From Dimorphilus gyrociliatus (Eukaryota > Animalia > Annelida), in contig CAJFCJ010000034.1 of the NCBI GenBank assembly GCA_904063045.1, forward strand, positions 62,001 to 126,000: a DNA stretch of 64,000 nt. The letters run 5' to 3'. Position 1 is the first letter of the stretch, and each line of letters starts with the position of its first letter. The notes beneath the pieces are model-generated. The model was not told the origin of the DNA. It was given only the letters and a program-made list of their open reading frames with translations, and did not search any database. The translations under genes and the position numbers were made by a program. Shown one piece after another: positions 25,514 to 37,860 of the stretch.

Positions 25514-28500
25514 ATGGAAAATAAATTGGTAAAAAATCCGTTAGTTATCTTCTTAAAAGATAAAATTGAAGAGATTTATTTGTCATATAAAGATCTTTTG
25601 TTACGTATATTGTCCAATTGTGATAATGAATTGAATATTGAAGAAGATAAGGATAATTTTGAAAAATTATTTAATAATTACATTTCTTATTTATCGATTG
25701 AAGATTTTAATAAAATTTATGAAAATCTTAAACAAGTAACTCCTTTCGATGTTGAAAATGATATCAATAAGTTTAATAATAAAGTTATAGATGAGATTAA
25801 GAATGAGCTTAAAAACAATATTAAACTATCGAACAAAACTACTCCTATTCAACTTTTCTCCTATCAAAGTAAAATCTGTTTATCTAATGAATTTGAATTT
25901 CTTGACAATGTTAAAATGAACGATGAAAGAATTCTTATTCGAGGTGAAGCTGGAATCGGTAAAACATATCAATTCAAGAATATTTTATACTCTTGGGCTA
26001 CGAATAATATCCTACATGATCGAATATTGTTTGGAATTCAATTAAACGAAATTCAAAGACAGACAAGCCTATTTGACGAAATTTTCTATCAAAATGTTCA
26101 ACATGAAACATGGTTAACAAAAGAATTTTTTGAATCTTATTTCTCTATACAAATCAATAAATCTCCCGCTCAAGTTATTTTACTTCTTGACGGAGTAGAT
26201 CAAATCAAATATGAAAATAGGCATTTCAATTTTATAAGCGAATTACGTCAGCTAAACTTTCCTATAATTGTTTGGTGTAGAAAATGGAAAGCTCAATTAA
26301 TAGATAAAACTTATAATAAAATCTATAAAATTCTTGGTTTTGATGAAAATAATCTTAGAATCTATTTAAAAAAACTCTTCAGAGAAACAGACATATTTCC
26401 CGAATATACGGCAAATATTTCGAATATTGTAGTAAAGAAATCCAAGAAAACTAGACGTATATCATATATGTTTGAGAGTGATATACTTATAGAATTTCTA
26501 CGCAGTCACAGTAGCGAACTGTTAAAAGCTTCCCGCCATCCAATTATTGCGTATATGATTGCCGCTATGTGGAGAAAAAATGAATTAGAGATATCTAGTA
26601 CGAAAGATTCAATCTATCAGGATTTCATAATGTTTCTATTGAAAAAAAATGACGTAAAGTCTTTAGATCATCAAGACATATTAAAGAATATCTCTACTTT
26701 TGCTTTTTCCAATTTCTTGTATGATGAACAAATTTTGGTAAAAAAAACTGATAAAACTGATACAAGTTATTATGATAACATACTTTATCCTTATAAAACC
26801 CATGCGGATGATAGTACAGAGTTGAAATTTGTTAATAATATCTTTAAAGAATATTTTGTAGCTTATTACATCATACAAAATATAAATACAAATGTTATAA
26901 ATGAGATTAACTTAAGATCGAAAAATTCAATAGCTGTTGATTTAAGGAATGTTTTAAAGTTTATTATTCAAATGGACAGTTATACTTTTTCCATATTGAT
27001 TAAAAAGTGTTCCAATATTTTAGATTTTTCGGAAATAGATGAAAAAATTACTAAAAATATTCAATGTACTACATCAAAAACCATTGCTATTTGCCTAAGA
27101 TATACATCATTATCAACAACGGCCTTCAAATTTCTAATTAATTACTGTAATTTAATAAATATAATCAATTTTAATTTTGTTCGTATTGATTTTATTGAAT
27201 TTTTTAACCATATGGCAACAAATATGAATAATTTAACCGAAATAACAATAAAAGGTGGTGTTGAGAAATATATTCCTATACAACAACTGGTGAAAATTAC
27301 AGAGAATTTTCGAAAATTAAAAACTTTAAGCATATCCACTATTTTCTTCAACAGTACAGAAAATAATCGCATAACCATTCAATCAGATTTATTGGAAAGT
27401 TTAACTCTATCTCATTGTGATCTTGGTCAATTTTTCAACCAGAAGAAAATACTATTGAAATGCGAAAGTTTAAAATCCTTAGACCTTTCACACAATGGCA
27501 TTACAAGTAGGTTTTTGTTTTGTATTTTTTTATCCAATCATAGTATATCTCTCTTTTCTTTACTCAAACCTCTAATCTATGCATTGAATGTACTTTTTCC
27601 TTAAGATATGGGATTACACTATTTATTAAATATGCTCAATTTGTCAACATTTCCGGAAAGTGGCCATGGAGCTTCAAAAAATATGAATTATATGACAAAC
27701 CTTAGAGTTCTACATTTGTCAAATAGTCCTCTCGAAAATTGTAATCTTCAAAGTTGTATTGGAGATGCGTTTTATTATCTTCATTTCTTGAATAAATTAG
27801 AAATGAATAATTGTAGTGAAATTCTCATTTCAAACACTATGGCTGAATTTGTAGAGCAATCTATTCATTTGGAAACCTTGTCGTTACTTGGAAACTTCTT
27901 AGAAGAAGTGGAGGATTTGAGATTTTGTGAATCTATCTTACTTTCTAAATCATTAAAATATCTAAAATTACCAACTATTCAATTTCCCAGCAAAACTTAC
28001 CTTACACCAATTAAAATTGAAACGGGAAAGTACCATTTAAATTTAATATCATTGAGCGCATCTGATATTGATTTGAATCAATCTATTGCATTAATATTTA
28101 TATCAAGAATTATAACAAATTCGCAAAAATTAAAGATTTTAGAGCTCAATAGCTGTAAGTTAAGTGATAGTATTTTGAAAGTTTTAAACAATCAAAAAGC
28201 TGTAAGAAATTTAAGAGAAATTGCTTTGTCTAATACAGAATATGATAATAATATATTGCTTGAAGAAGATATACTTAAAATCTTATCAGGTTTGGAGATA
28301 TCAGAAACAGAAGACATTGAGCTGACCTGTGTAAAATGTTACTTATCGAATAGTTTATTTGCACAAATACCAAACAATTTAAAATTTTCGTACATGAATT
28401 TATCTTTGAACGATTTGAGAAATATCTCAATGAAAGATATTCAATTCATTTCTGCTTCAAATTTAAGAGAGCTTCATTTATACGATTCAAATCTCGATTC

Positions 28501-31500
28501 AAATCATTTGGCAATGATAACACAGTCAAGTTGTGAATTTAAGAACCTTGTACGGCTTAATCTGTCCAAGAATAGATTTTCTGGAGAGGAGGTTATTAAT
28601 TTTATGAAAAACTTGTCAAATTTCAACGGATTAGTTGAACTATATATGTATGAATGTTCAATAGAAATCAATTATTTTCTACGAATAGCATCCGTTATTC
28701 ACAAAACAAAGCAATTACAGATTTTCAATTCTCTTTGTTTGCCGTGTAATGAAATGAAATTGAAATCTTCTGAATTGCAGATTCAATTGAATTCTAAAAG
28801 CTTTAATCTCGGATTAATAAAAGAATTAATGGACGAATATCATGATATAATGACTTTTCAATCATACATTTGCAGAGAGCCAGTAACTCTGTCTCTTGAA
28901 TGTAAACTTGAATTATTGAAAAAATGCGGAATTCAATTGAGAAGTATTGATATTGATGATTATTTATGGAGGGTAGAAAAAGAAAAGCAATTCCTTTCAA
29001 TGTTAAAACATCAAACCAAACTGAATGAGATAACAATAAAAATATCGCACTGTAGCAATTTCGTAGCCAATAGAAAATTTATAACTAATATTAAAGCAAT
29101 GCTCAGCCATTTTGCAGAGCTAAAAACCATTACTTGTATTAAATTCAATAGAATAGTACAACGCTTTCATGAGAAAATGTTAAAGGAAAAAATTTCGAGT
29201 TCGAATCAAGACTATCAGAGTCTTTTAAAAAGTGTAATGGAAGAGAAGATCTCTAAAGATCATTTGGCATTCTCAAAAGATGCTGGCAAATCAATTCTCG
29301 ATATTATTAATTCTAATAGAAATCTTCAATATCTTAGTATTGAAAATAATTATTTTCCATATAGTCTGGTGAAAAATATAATTTATACTATAGGGGAAAA
29401 ATGTCAAAAGTTAACTGCTTTGAGATTTTCGTTCATAGATATAGAGAAATATGAAAGAGAACAGTTAAGTACGAACTTTAAAACTGAGATGGAAGAACAA
29501 CGCAACTGTAAAATATTATCTAAGAACAAATTAGAAGAATTCTATTTTCATGAAAAGGATCTTGGATCTAGTATTGGTCTATCATTATTTGATGATATGC
29601 AGCAAAATTCTTATAATCTTAAAAGGCTATCCTTACCAAATTGCGGGAATACCAGCAATATTGAAAACGTTGTTTGTGATATAATTAAATCAAACAAAAA
29701 TTTGCAGTCGTTAAATTTTAATAACAACAAATTCACATCAAAAATTGGAAAATTAATATTTGATGAACTTCAGAGAAATTGTTCATCGCTTACCGCCATT
29801 GACTTTTCAAATTGTTCATTAGATTTTACAATTGCGAAAGGAATAAGTCAAACAATCGAAAGAAATCAACAATTAAATACGATTTGTGTTAGTAATAATA
29901 AACTGACACCGGAAGTTGGTATAGCGCTTTGCAAAAGTATTATGAAAAATTGTTCGAATATTGTTGTACTAGATCTTTCCGATTGCGATTTTGACGAAAC
30001 AATTACTGATGTTTTGGGAAAAGCTATTGGAGCAAATTCACACCTAACACAACTCTTTATTGAGAAAAACAAACTTGGATCAAAAGTTTCAAAGTCAATA
30101 TTTGAAAATATTAAGGAAAACTGCTCTAAATTAAATATACTAAATACTTCTTATTGCAATATTGACGAAAGTATTGATAAGTCTATTAAAGAAGCTATTG
30201 AAAATAATCCATATTTAACTGAGCTCTATTTGCAAGGGAATAAATTTGGATCAAAAGTTGGAATATCAATATTAAAAGCAGCTAGAAATAAATTATCCAG
30301 GTTAAATATCCTTAATCTTTCTAATTGTCAAATTAATGTACAGATAAAGAATGATCTTTGGAAAACGATTAGATCAAATCCTAATCTTCAACAAATCTAC
30401 TTGAACGAAAACAGTTTTGGATCTGACATCATTAATTCTATTACTGATGTTATTAAAGACAAAAATCAAATGACACTAACGGTACTTGCTCTCTCAGATT
30501 GTAAAATTAATGAAGAGGTGCAAAAAAAGATTGCATATGCGCTTCGTTTTATGCCTAAACTTGAAAAGTTACTTTTGAATCTCAACAATCTTGGTTCAGT
30601 CGTTGGGCCAACTATTTTCGAAACTATAAAAAATCATTTTACCTCCTTAATAACTATTAACTTTAGCAATTGTCGGTTTGATCAGAGCACTGGAGCACTT
30701 TTGGGTGAAGCAATTGGTAAAAATGTCAATTTACGCGAAATTTATTTAAGAAATAATCCTTTGGGATCAATTGTTGGATCATCTATTTTTAAGAATATTA
30801 AAAACAATTGTCAAAATTTGAATATTATTGATTTCTTTAATTGTAAATTTGATGGAGATACTCAATGTATTGGAGATGCAATAGCAAGAAATGTATATTT
30901 ACAAGAGCTTAATTTAGGTGAAAATAATCTAGGAGTCGAAATTAGAAAATACATTTTGCATACTATCAAAGCTGCTGGTATTTACCTATCAACCCTTAAT
31001 TTAAGCTCGTCTATTGAGAATGTTCGTTCTGATGATGATAATTTACCCAAGAATTTTTGGTCAAATATATCATTGTCAGTCGACTCTTCTCCCTCTTGTA
31101 AGGAAATTTGTTAAAGTTTGATCAGATTATATTAAAAACCACTATCTTCAGGTATAAATAAGAAAACTTTGAAATGTACCTACAAGCCAACTCGCCCATA
31201 TATTGAAAAGAGTCATTCTTCCGAACCACAACCTGAAATACAGCAAACAAAACCTCTCGACTTGGAAAATATCGCGAAATTTACTGAAGGTAATTTATTA
31301 CATCTTCAATAAAACCTTTCAAAAACATATTAACTTTTTAGCAGGTAATTCTTTGAATTTATATTGTAATTGTCTTCAAAATGCAATACCTATTCATAAA
31401 TCTACGAGTCAAGCTAACTTCGATACTGAATATTCATTTCCCAAATTTGAAAATGATTTACACGAAAATTGCCTAAGAAAGTCAATATTAGATAATTACA

Positions 31501-34260
31501 TTCGTCGATCAAAAGTAGTTTGGCAGCATCAATCATTTCAAATTTACATTTGGTTAAAAACAAATGACGAATACATCAACTTAGAATGTGGCTTACGAAT
31601 TTATTTACGAAAATGTATATTACACAAAGATTTATTATTGAAAATCAACATTTCTGAAGAGAAAATATCATTTGAGGGAAAAATTGATAATGACGATTGT
31701 ATTGGTTGGTTAACTGTACCAGTTCAAAATTATCCTTTAGATTTCGTACAGAAAAATAATGACTATGCCATTTCAAAACAATTTATGCGTATAGAAATTT
31801 CATGGAAAACAATTTCTAAAGACTTTCCATTAGGCATAGTCGAAAGGAAAAATGCCACATTGTTTATTTGTATTCAAGCCCAAAGGATTTGCCATGATGA
31901 TATTTGTTGCTTAGTGACTATTAGAGATAATTCTACGGAATTAAATAATTTGAAAAATCTAGTGTATCTTAAAGAGATTGAAATGAAGAATTGCGTTGAA
32001 GATAGTTTACATTTATACATAAATAGCCATCATGAAATGAAAGTCATTAATATCAATTTACTGAGCCGAGGTTACATATTTGGAGAGCATTTCTTTGTAA
32101 ACCGAAAAGATATTCACATTAATCTCACTTCAAATAACAAAAACATTTTAAAAGATCAATTTCCTTTGATGGAGAGACTGGAAAGTGAAAACTGCAGATT
32201 TTCAATCAAGTATTACATTGGTAAAAAACTAACATTAAAAATTCATAATGCAAAATTGGTCCTCACTGAGAATGGTTTGGACAAACCAACAGTTTTATCA
32301 ATACAAAGTAAATGTTCGTATGAAATTGACAAGTCATCAGGCACAATTAGATTTCAAAACTTTGTGGACTGTCGACCAACAGGACTTTGCTTTTTTCAAC
32401 CTGTCGATTTATACATCAAACCGCTGTTGGTTTATAAAAATGGCGCTGAAATCTCAACTAACAATGTTTCTAAAAACGCAATTTTTCACAAGGCTTCAGG
32501 ATTTGCCTGCCTAAAAATCACAGGCTTTAGTGATCATGGTCTACTTGAAAATTGGGAAAAGGACAAAATGCTTTACATTCACTATTTCATTTCCATTCAA
32601 AATATGAACAGAGGTTCAAGATTAAACATTTATTATAGTCTAAACGAACCACTCGGCGTAGTAAGACAAATTAAATAAAAGCAATATCTTTTAAACGTTT
32701 TTCTAATGAAATTAATTGAAACATCAGACAGGCACCGCCAAGAATGTACAGCATTCTAATTCAACGTTGAAGTTACACTTCCGTGAGCAGTTTAAACATT
32801 TAAAACAATATGGAATTCAAATTACCTTAACATCAGAACCACACAAAAGTTGTCATAAGAGTTTTTATCAAATTTTCAGCAATTACACATCTGGTAATAT
32901 TTCTATTCAAACAAGCAAATAAACTAACCTTTTCAACATTTGTCACTGCTCCATTCAAAGGTGAAACGGCCTCGATAACTTTACCGTTGGACATGTCAAT
33001 GGAAAATTTGCAGTCCGACATTCAGTTCCAAGTAAAGCCAGATATTAGAAATTACAACGGTCTGTTTGAAGAATTCATCTCATACAAAGAAGCAATTGCA
33101 GAAAATCTCACGCAACAGCAATTAGATGAAAACTTTCAGAAATTTTTCTGCAAATTCGGTAAAAAAATTGATCTTCAGTAATGTTTTCAATTCCTTTTAC
33201 AATTCTTCTTTTCTTTCTGTTTAGAAAGAAATGTCTTCCTTTCCTCAGCAATGCAACACTGCGAGATTACTAGCCAGCATGACATCAGACGTGGCTTGAG
33301 CGATGGCGTAGGCTTTTTGCTAATTTTATAGAAATTAACCGTAACATAGCTAACAGCAACATCATCTTTCTGACAGAACATTTACGATACAACATCAAGA
33401 AACCAGGTCGTTGTAATAATCATTGACGATGGGAACGGAGCAAGATCGGAAAACGACTGGATAAATCTGAAAATAATCTTCGCAAACCTAAAACATGAAA
33501 TAGTACTGTGGAGAAATATTGACAGAGACGAATGTGAAAGGAAAATTCGATCACTGAAAACGAATCTTTCAACGTCGAATGAAAATGAGATGAACGTTCA
33601 ATCTCTAATATTCTTTATTTTAGCCGACGGAAACAACAACTTGTTTTTCCTAAGCAACAATTCCACGTTCGAATTTAATGAATTTATAAATTACGTCGAC
33701 AGCGACTTTCACCAATTCCAGGGAAAACCAAAGCTATTTTTCTTTCAAGTTCACAATCAACGTAAGATTTCTTTCATCTTTTCTTTTATTTCAAAATAAT
33801 AACACACTTTTCGAAAAGTAGAAAACTCCGAGAGGGATCAATCATTCGTTGATCAAAGAGTTGCAATCAAACCCATCCCTTGCGATGACCACGTTGCCTG
33901 CCCACGGAACGTCACAAATAGATATGTATCACACGCAGCCAGAGATATCTTCTCGGTTCTTTGTACTCTTAAAGGTAAGCCAAGCGAACGGCAGTAACAT
34001 CCTGTAATAAATGATTTGATGCATTGTTTCCTACAGACTCTCCATCACCCGCAAATAACTACGGCAGTAAATTCATTAGATCGTTTGTTCTCGCTATGGA
34101 ATTTATTGGTAAAAATCAACCTCTCGACAAAGTTGTATACTTCATGTCCGAGTATTTGAGGCATTTTGGGGAAAGCAACCATCTGCCTTTAAGAGTTCAT
34201 TCCGACGAGTTTTCTAGAAAATATTATTTCTTTCGAAATGAAAATTGTATAAACTTATAA
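25514..34260 (+). CDS. NLR1: NACHT-LRR protein with C-terminal ZU5/UPA-like (FIIND-like) region and catalytically dead caspase-fold domain; multi-exon
   Basis: Walker A GEAGIGKT and Walker B LLLDGVDQ in 25514-27604. RI-like LRRs in 27608-31098. In-frame GT-AG splices traced by hand from ~31099 through the 31345-32660 exon to the caspase exons. ZU5-like VDCRPTGLCFFQPVDLYI...ITGFSDHG. Caspase-like VVVIIIDDG...IFFILADG...GKPKLFFFQVHN...RDIFSVLCTLKG...GSKFIRSF...FSRKYYF. The simplest stop is 34260; extra low-complexity exons to ~34730 are possible. Confidence 0.8.
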
Positions 34261-34834
34261 ACAATACACGCTGCCAATCATCACAAAGCACAGCTCGTTC
34301 TCTTCATCCTAGCCCCGTGCACAGTGAAGATACGCTGAGACTAAATTCGTCGGCTGTGAAACCGGCCAACAAAACGTCATCGCGCCCATCAAATTATAAA
34401 AGTCACCTTGACAAGAGTCAACAAAAACAATTTACCATATATGGATTACTTTAATCAGCTTTCACCGCTGTACCACATCTAGTCTATTATTACTTTCCAC
34501 TTGCTCTAGTTTCAAACCAGCTCGGTTTATCCACAACAGGGAGCTTATACGGCTCACCATTGCCCTACACCCCTGCACTAGGCCCAGCACTGCAGATTTA
34601 CCTTGCTTTCTATTGACAGAGACAACATTGCGCAGACAATTTCATTTCATAGATGTTGGTGTGACACAGCAAATTCACTTAAATCCGTACCCAACTAACA
34701 GCCGGATTGTTCACAATCAATCCGATTAATTTCTATAATTAACCAACATTCGTAGATTAAGCTAAAGCGGTAATTCGCTATTTAAGGAATAGTTGCCATG
34801 AATTTTCGTTATTACTTCAAAAAGCATCGAGAGA

Positions 34835-35273
34835 ATGAGCTCGACTTGCGCAATAGTACTTTCTCTAGTTCTCTCTTTGTGCTTGTTCAGCAGTACGCAT
34901 TCCAACAGTTCAAACATACGAAGAATAATCAACTCGGTTAGTTCAAGGAAAAGTGATGAAATGGCGAAAATTCAACGTTATTTGAATGAAAAAGTAAGTC
35001 GCTACTATAAAGATTGTATTTCTGTCAAAACTCAGTATCTCCACTTTTACAAAACAGAGACGGGACAATCATAGTCTCAACGGTTTTTGGATAAAATGCT
35101 ATAATGACAAACTATGGATCAAAAACTCCAGTTGCTTTGTGCTGGGTTCTACGATATTTCAAATTTCCGGCATTGGTCCGTCGGATTTTACCGAAATTTG
35201 CCAACAAAATAATTATTTGAACTGCAAAGAAATTAATGAATTTGCTACGGTTTATTCAAAAACAGTCACGTGA
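34835..35273 (+). CDS. Small secreted prepro-peptide-like protein (2 exons, 124 aa)
   Basis: Signal peptide MSSTCAIVLSLVLSLCLFSSTHS. Exon 1 ends at 34993 (gtaagt), acceptor aaacag at 35057. Splicing creates NEK-RR followed by a 69-aa segment with 4 Cys. Stop 35271-35273. Confidence 0.65.
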
Positions 35274-35357
35274 CTCATACATTTACAAGATATCAAATAT
35301 GGCCGATTTCTTAATAAGCATCCTAGTTTCTATAGACAACTACAACAGTTGTTTAAG

Positions 35358-35967
35358 TTATAAAAGCCTTTGAAATACAAATGCCATCAATGTCAAAAAC
35401 GGAACAACGCCAAGTCTGCAGCCTGCACAAGGTTTATCATACAAAAGCTCCTTGGCCAAGTCGTTGAAAGCGCCACATTTCTTAACGGCACCTAATTCGC
35501 AGCAGTATCGCTTCGTGCTGTCCTCCTTAATTTTTTCATTACACTTTTTCAACTCGTCTCTACAGCCTAACGAAGTAGAAATTTCAATCAATCTCTAATA
35601 GAACAAGGAAACGAAACCAACAAAGTCAACTAACCTGTTTCGCAAAACTTGGTCGTATAGCTCAAAGCCTCTTTCCTCTTTTCAGCCGAGCAAGAAGGAG
35701 TCTCATCTTTAAAGCACTTTTCTACTTCAGTTACAATTGGACAAATCTTTTCCATATCGTATTGATCTGTAGCGATAATATCCAATATCTCATTCCTCTT
35801 TTCTTTGGCACAGTCTACACCTTCGTCGTAACATTTGTCAGCAAGCGCATTTGGAAGAGCCGACACTTTTCAATAAAATCAATCTGAAGCTGTTATGTTT
35901 TGCAGTGTATTTTCGCTTCAAACTTACCCACACAAAGTAGTCCAAACAAGAAGTACATCGCTTCCAT
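35358..35967 (-). CDS. Small Cys-rich secreted protein with probable GPI-anchor signal (3 exons), copy 1
   Basis: MEAMYFLFGLLCV/VSALPNALADKC signal peptide, Cys-rich core, and hydrophobic C-terminus LGVVPFLTLMAFVFQRLL*. Canonical GT-AG introns. Confidence 0.75.
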
Positions 35968-36043
35968 TCTGATGAGTGAATATTCGAAAACATCTCGATT
36001 TGCCCGTTTTATACGGTTGGTAAATAGTATGGTTTTGAATGTG

Positions 36044-36053
36044 GGGAAATTCC
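36044..36053 (+). promoter_or_regulatory. Candidate NF-kB/Rel site GGGAAATTCC
   Basis: Exact match to the GGGRNNYYCC consensus, ~77 bp upstream of the ATG of the GPI-type gene. Confidence 0.5.
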
Positions 36054-36120
36054 AATTTCGGGAAAGCTATTTGCAGGTGGCGCTAAGTTCCTTTTTAGGA
36101 AAGTCAACAAAGGTAATGTG

Positions 36121-36130
36121 GGGAAATTCC
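36121..36130 (+). promoter_or_regulatory. Second candidate NF-kB/Rel site GGGAAATTCC, created by the 77-bp duplication
   Basis: Same motif in the second tandem unit. Confidence 0.5.
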
Positions 36131-36287
36131 AATTTCGGGAAAGCTATTTGCAGGTGGCGCTAAGTTCCTTTTTAGGAAAGTCAACAAAGGTTTTATTTAT
36201 TCACCAGCAGTGTGAATATTCGTTTCATTTATTCAGTAATACTCAAGATAACATGTGTAATTTATGAAAAATAGTGTCCACTACGGC

Positions 36288-37860
36288 TCAATTGCGGCAG
36301 TTTTTCAAGCAACAGTCGTTAACGTTGTTTGGTGAACTGCTGGTAGAGTTTGCTGACGATTGGGCTACAATTGCGAATGGGTCGATTATCTCCAGGTCTT
36401 CTCCATTGTCTTTGAAATCAAAGTAGCCCGAGTAACGTGACGCCTTCAACGCCTCGCTGACCAAACCGGAAATTGGCACAATTTCATTTCTCTACTTGTT
36501 GAAAAATGAGTTTATTTTTGGAATGTTTAATTTTATTGATAGATAAAATAACCTTGAAAATGTTTGAGTAGTCAAACTTGAAAGCTTCTTCGTAATCCTC
36601 TATTCCTCCTTTGTACACGGTATAGCAAGTGTGCGGCGTCGCCTTCTCTCTTCCCACTTTGAAAAGTCTGTAGGTTGCAGACACGAATTTCGCGTCACCT
36701 AGTCGTTTCAAAAATAATCATTACTTGTCAACACCGCTATTTTAGGGGCTTACTCACCAACAACTCTCTGCAACTCCTTATTCTTCAGGTCAATGACACT
36801 GGCGTTAACTAAAAGTGGAGTGCTGAATCCCACCCTTGTCGCTATATCAATTAGGTCACGCCAATACAGTGCGCCCGCAAAACACTCGCCTAAACAGCAA
36901 TTCAATCAGTCAAATGCCTATTACTCTCTTTAATAAACGCATTTACAAACCCCATAAAGTTTTATGCTTTAGAATATCACCCGACAAACGACGATCCGCA
37001 TAGACATCGCTAAAATACAACTCGCCTCCTTCCTGAAAATCATTTTTGCACTCAATTAACGCCGTGTAAACATTTTAAAGTGATTGTTACTTTTAGAACT
37101 TTGTAGGCCTGCCATAGAACGGCTTGTTTGTCCGGCGACAGGTTCAACACGCAATTTGATCTGAATAAGTAAGCAACTTCATAGTTATTGCAGCCAAAGT
37201 CTTATTTCAACTTTCGAAAGAGTAACGCTTACACAATGACGTCATATGAATTTTCCTCAATTCCGGCATCAGTCAATTTCTCTATAAATCCTCGTTTAAA
37301 TTCTACATTTGGTTTAGAATAGCCAAATTGTCTCGTATGATAATCTATGTTTTCATCCGCCACGTCCAGCTAATCAACAAACATTGTGTATTTTAACTGA
37401 CCAACTAATCGGGATACAGCTTACTATACTGTATCTTATCTATTAGTACAATTGCTTATCTATCTAAACAACTACTAGTCAACATATTAGGGGTCAAGGT
37501 TGTAGTAATGTGAACAAATTGGGAACAAAATTGCAATGGGAAAGCTACCTGCTCTTGTGTCATATCCAAACCAGTAACAAACCCATTTGGTCCCACCAAC
37601 TTACTCAGACAAAAGCAGTCCCTACCAGCTCCACATCCCAAATCTAGAACTGAACAACCTTCAAGTGCAGGCGGTATGACTATACCACAACCGTAGTATT
37701 TTTCGTGAACCGCTCCTGCCACCTGGCTTAGAGCCTTCTTCACAGATTTTGTCATCACTTCTCCTTGTCCTGTTGTGCAGGCGGTTGTTTGCAGATCGTC
37801 GCTTTTCTGCAATACGTTTCCGTAGTAGTCTTTGACGTTTTCATAAATTTCCTCCGACAT
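36288..37860 (-). CDS. AS3MT: Arsenite methyltransferase, copy A (multi-exon)
   Basis: MSEEIYENVKDYYGNVLQKSDDLQTTAC, YYGCG, SAM motif VLDLGCGAGRD, SNCVLNLSPDK, GECFAGALYW, SATYRLFK, and a C-terminal CC. All four Cys equivalent to human C32/C61/C156/C206 are present. Confidence 0.95.

Larger units (their letters stand above)
36038..36191. repeat. Tandem duplication, 2 x 77 bp, upstream of the GPI-type gene
   Basis: The unit aatgtggggaaattcc...gtcaacaaaggt starts at 36038 and again at 36115. The right arm has a single unit. Confidence 0.95.

Noticed and set aside
29600-31000. Regular ~56-57 aa periodicity in the NLR1 LRRs
   Set aside because: This is ordinary alternating ribonuclease-inhibitor-type LRR structure.
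34261-34730. Ser/Pro-rich open stretches after the pseudo-caspase stop (e.g. ORF 34245-34454)
   Set aside because: I could not build a convincing splice path or start. They may be extra 3' exons or UTR, so they were not called.
36038-36191. Direct repeats as a possible CRISPR array
   Set aside because: Only two abutting units, no spacers, no cas genes, and a eukaryotic context.
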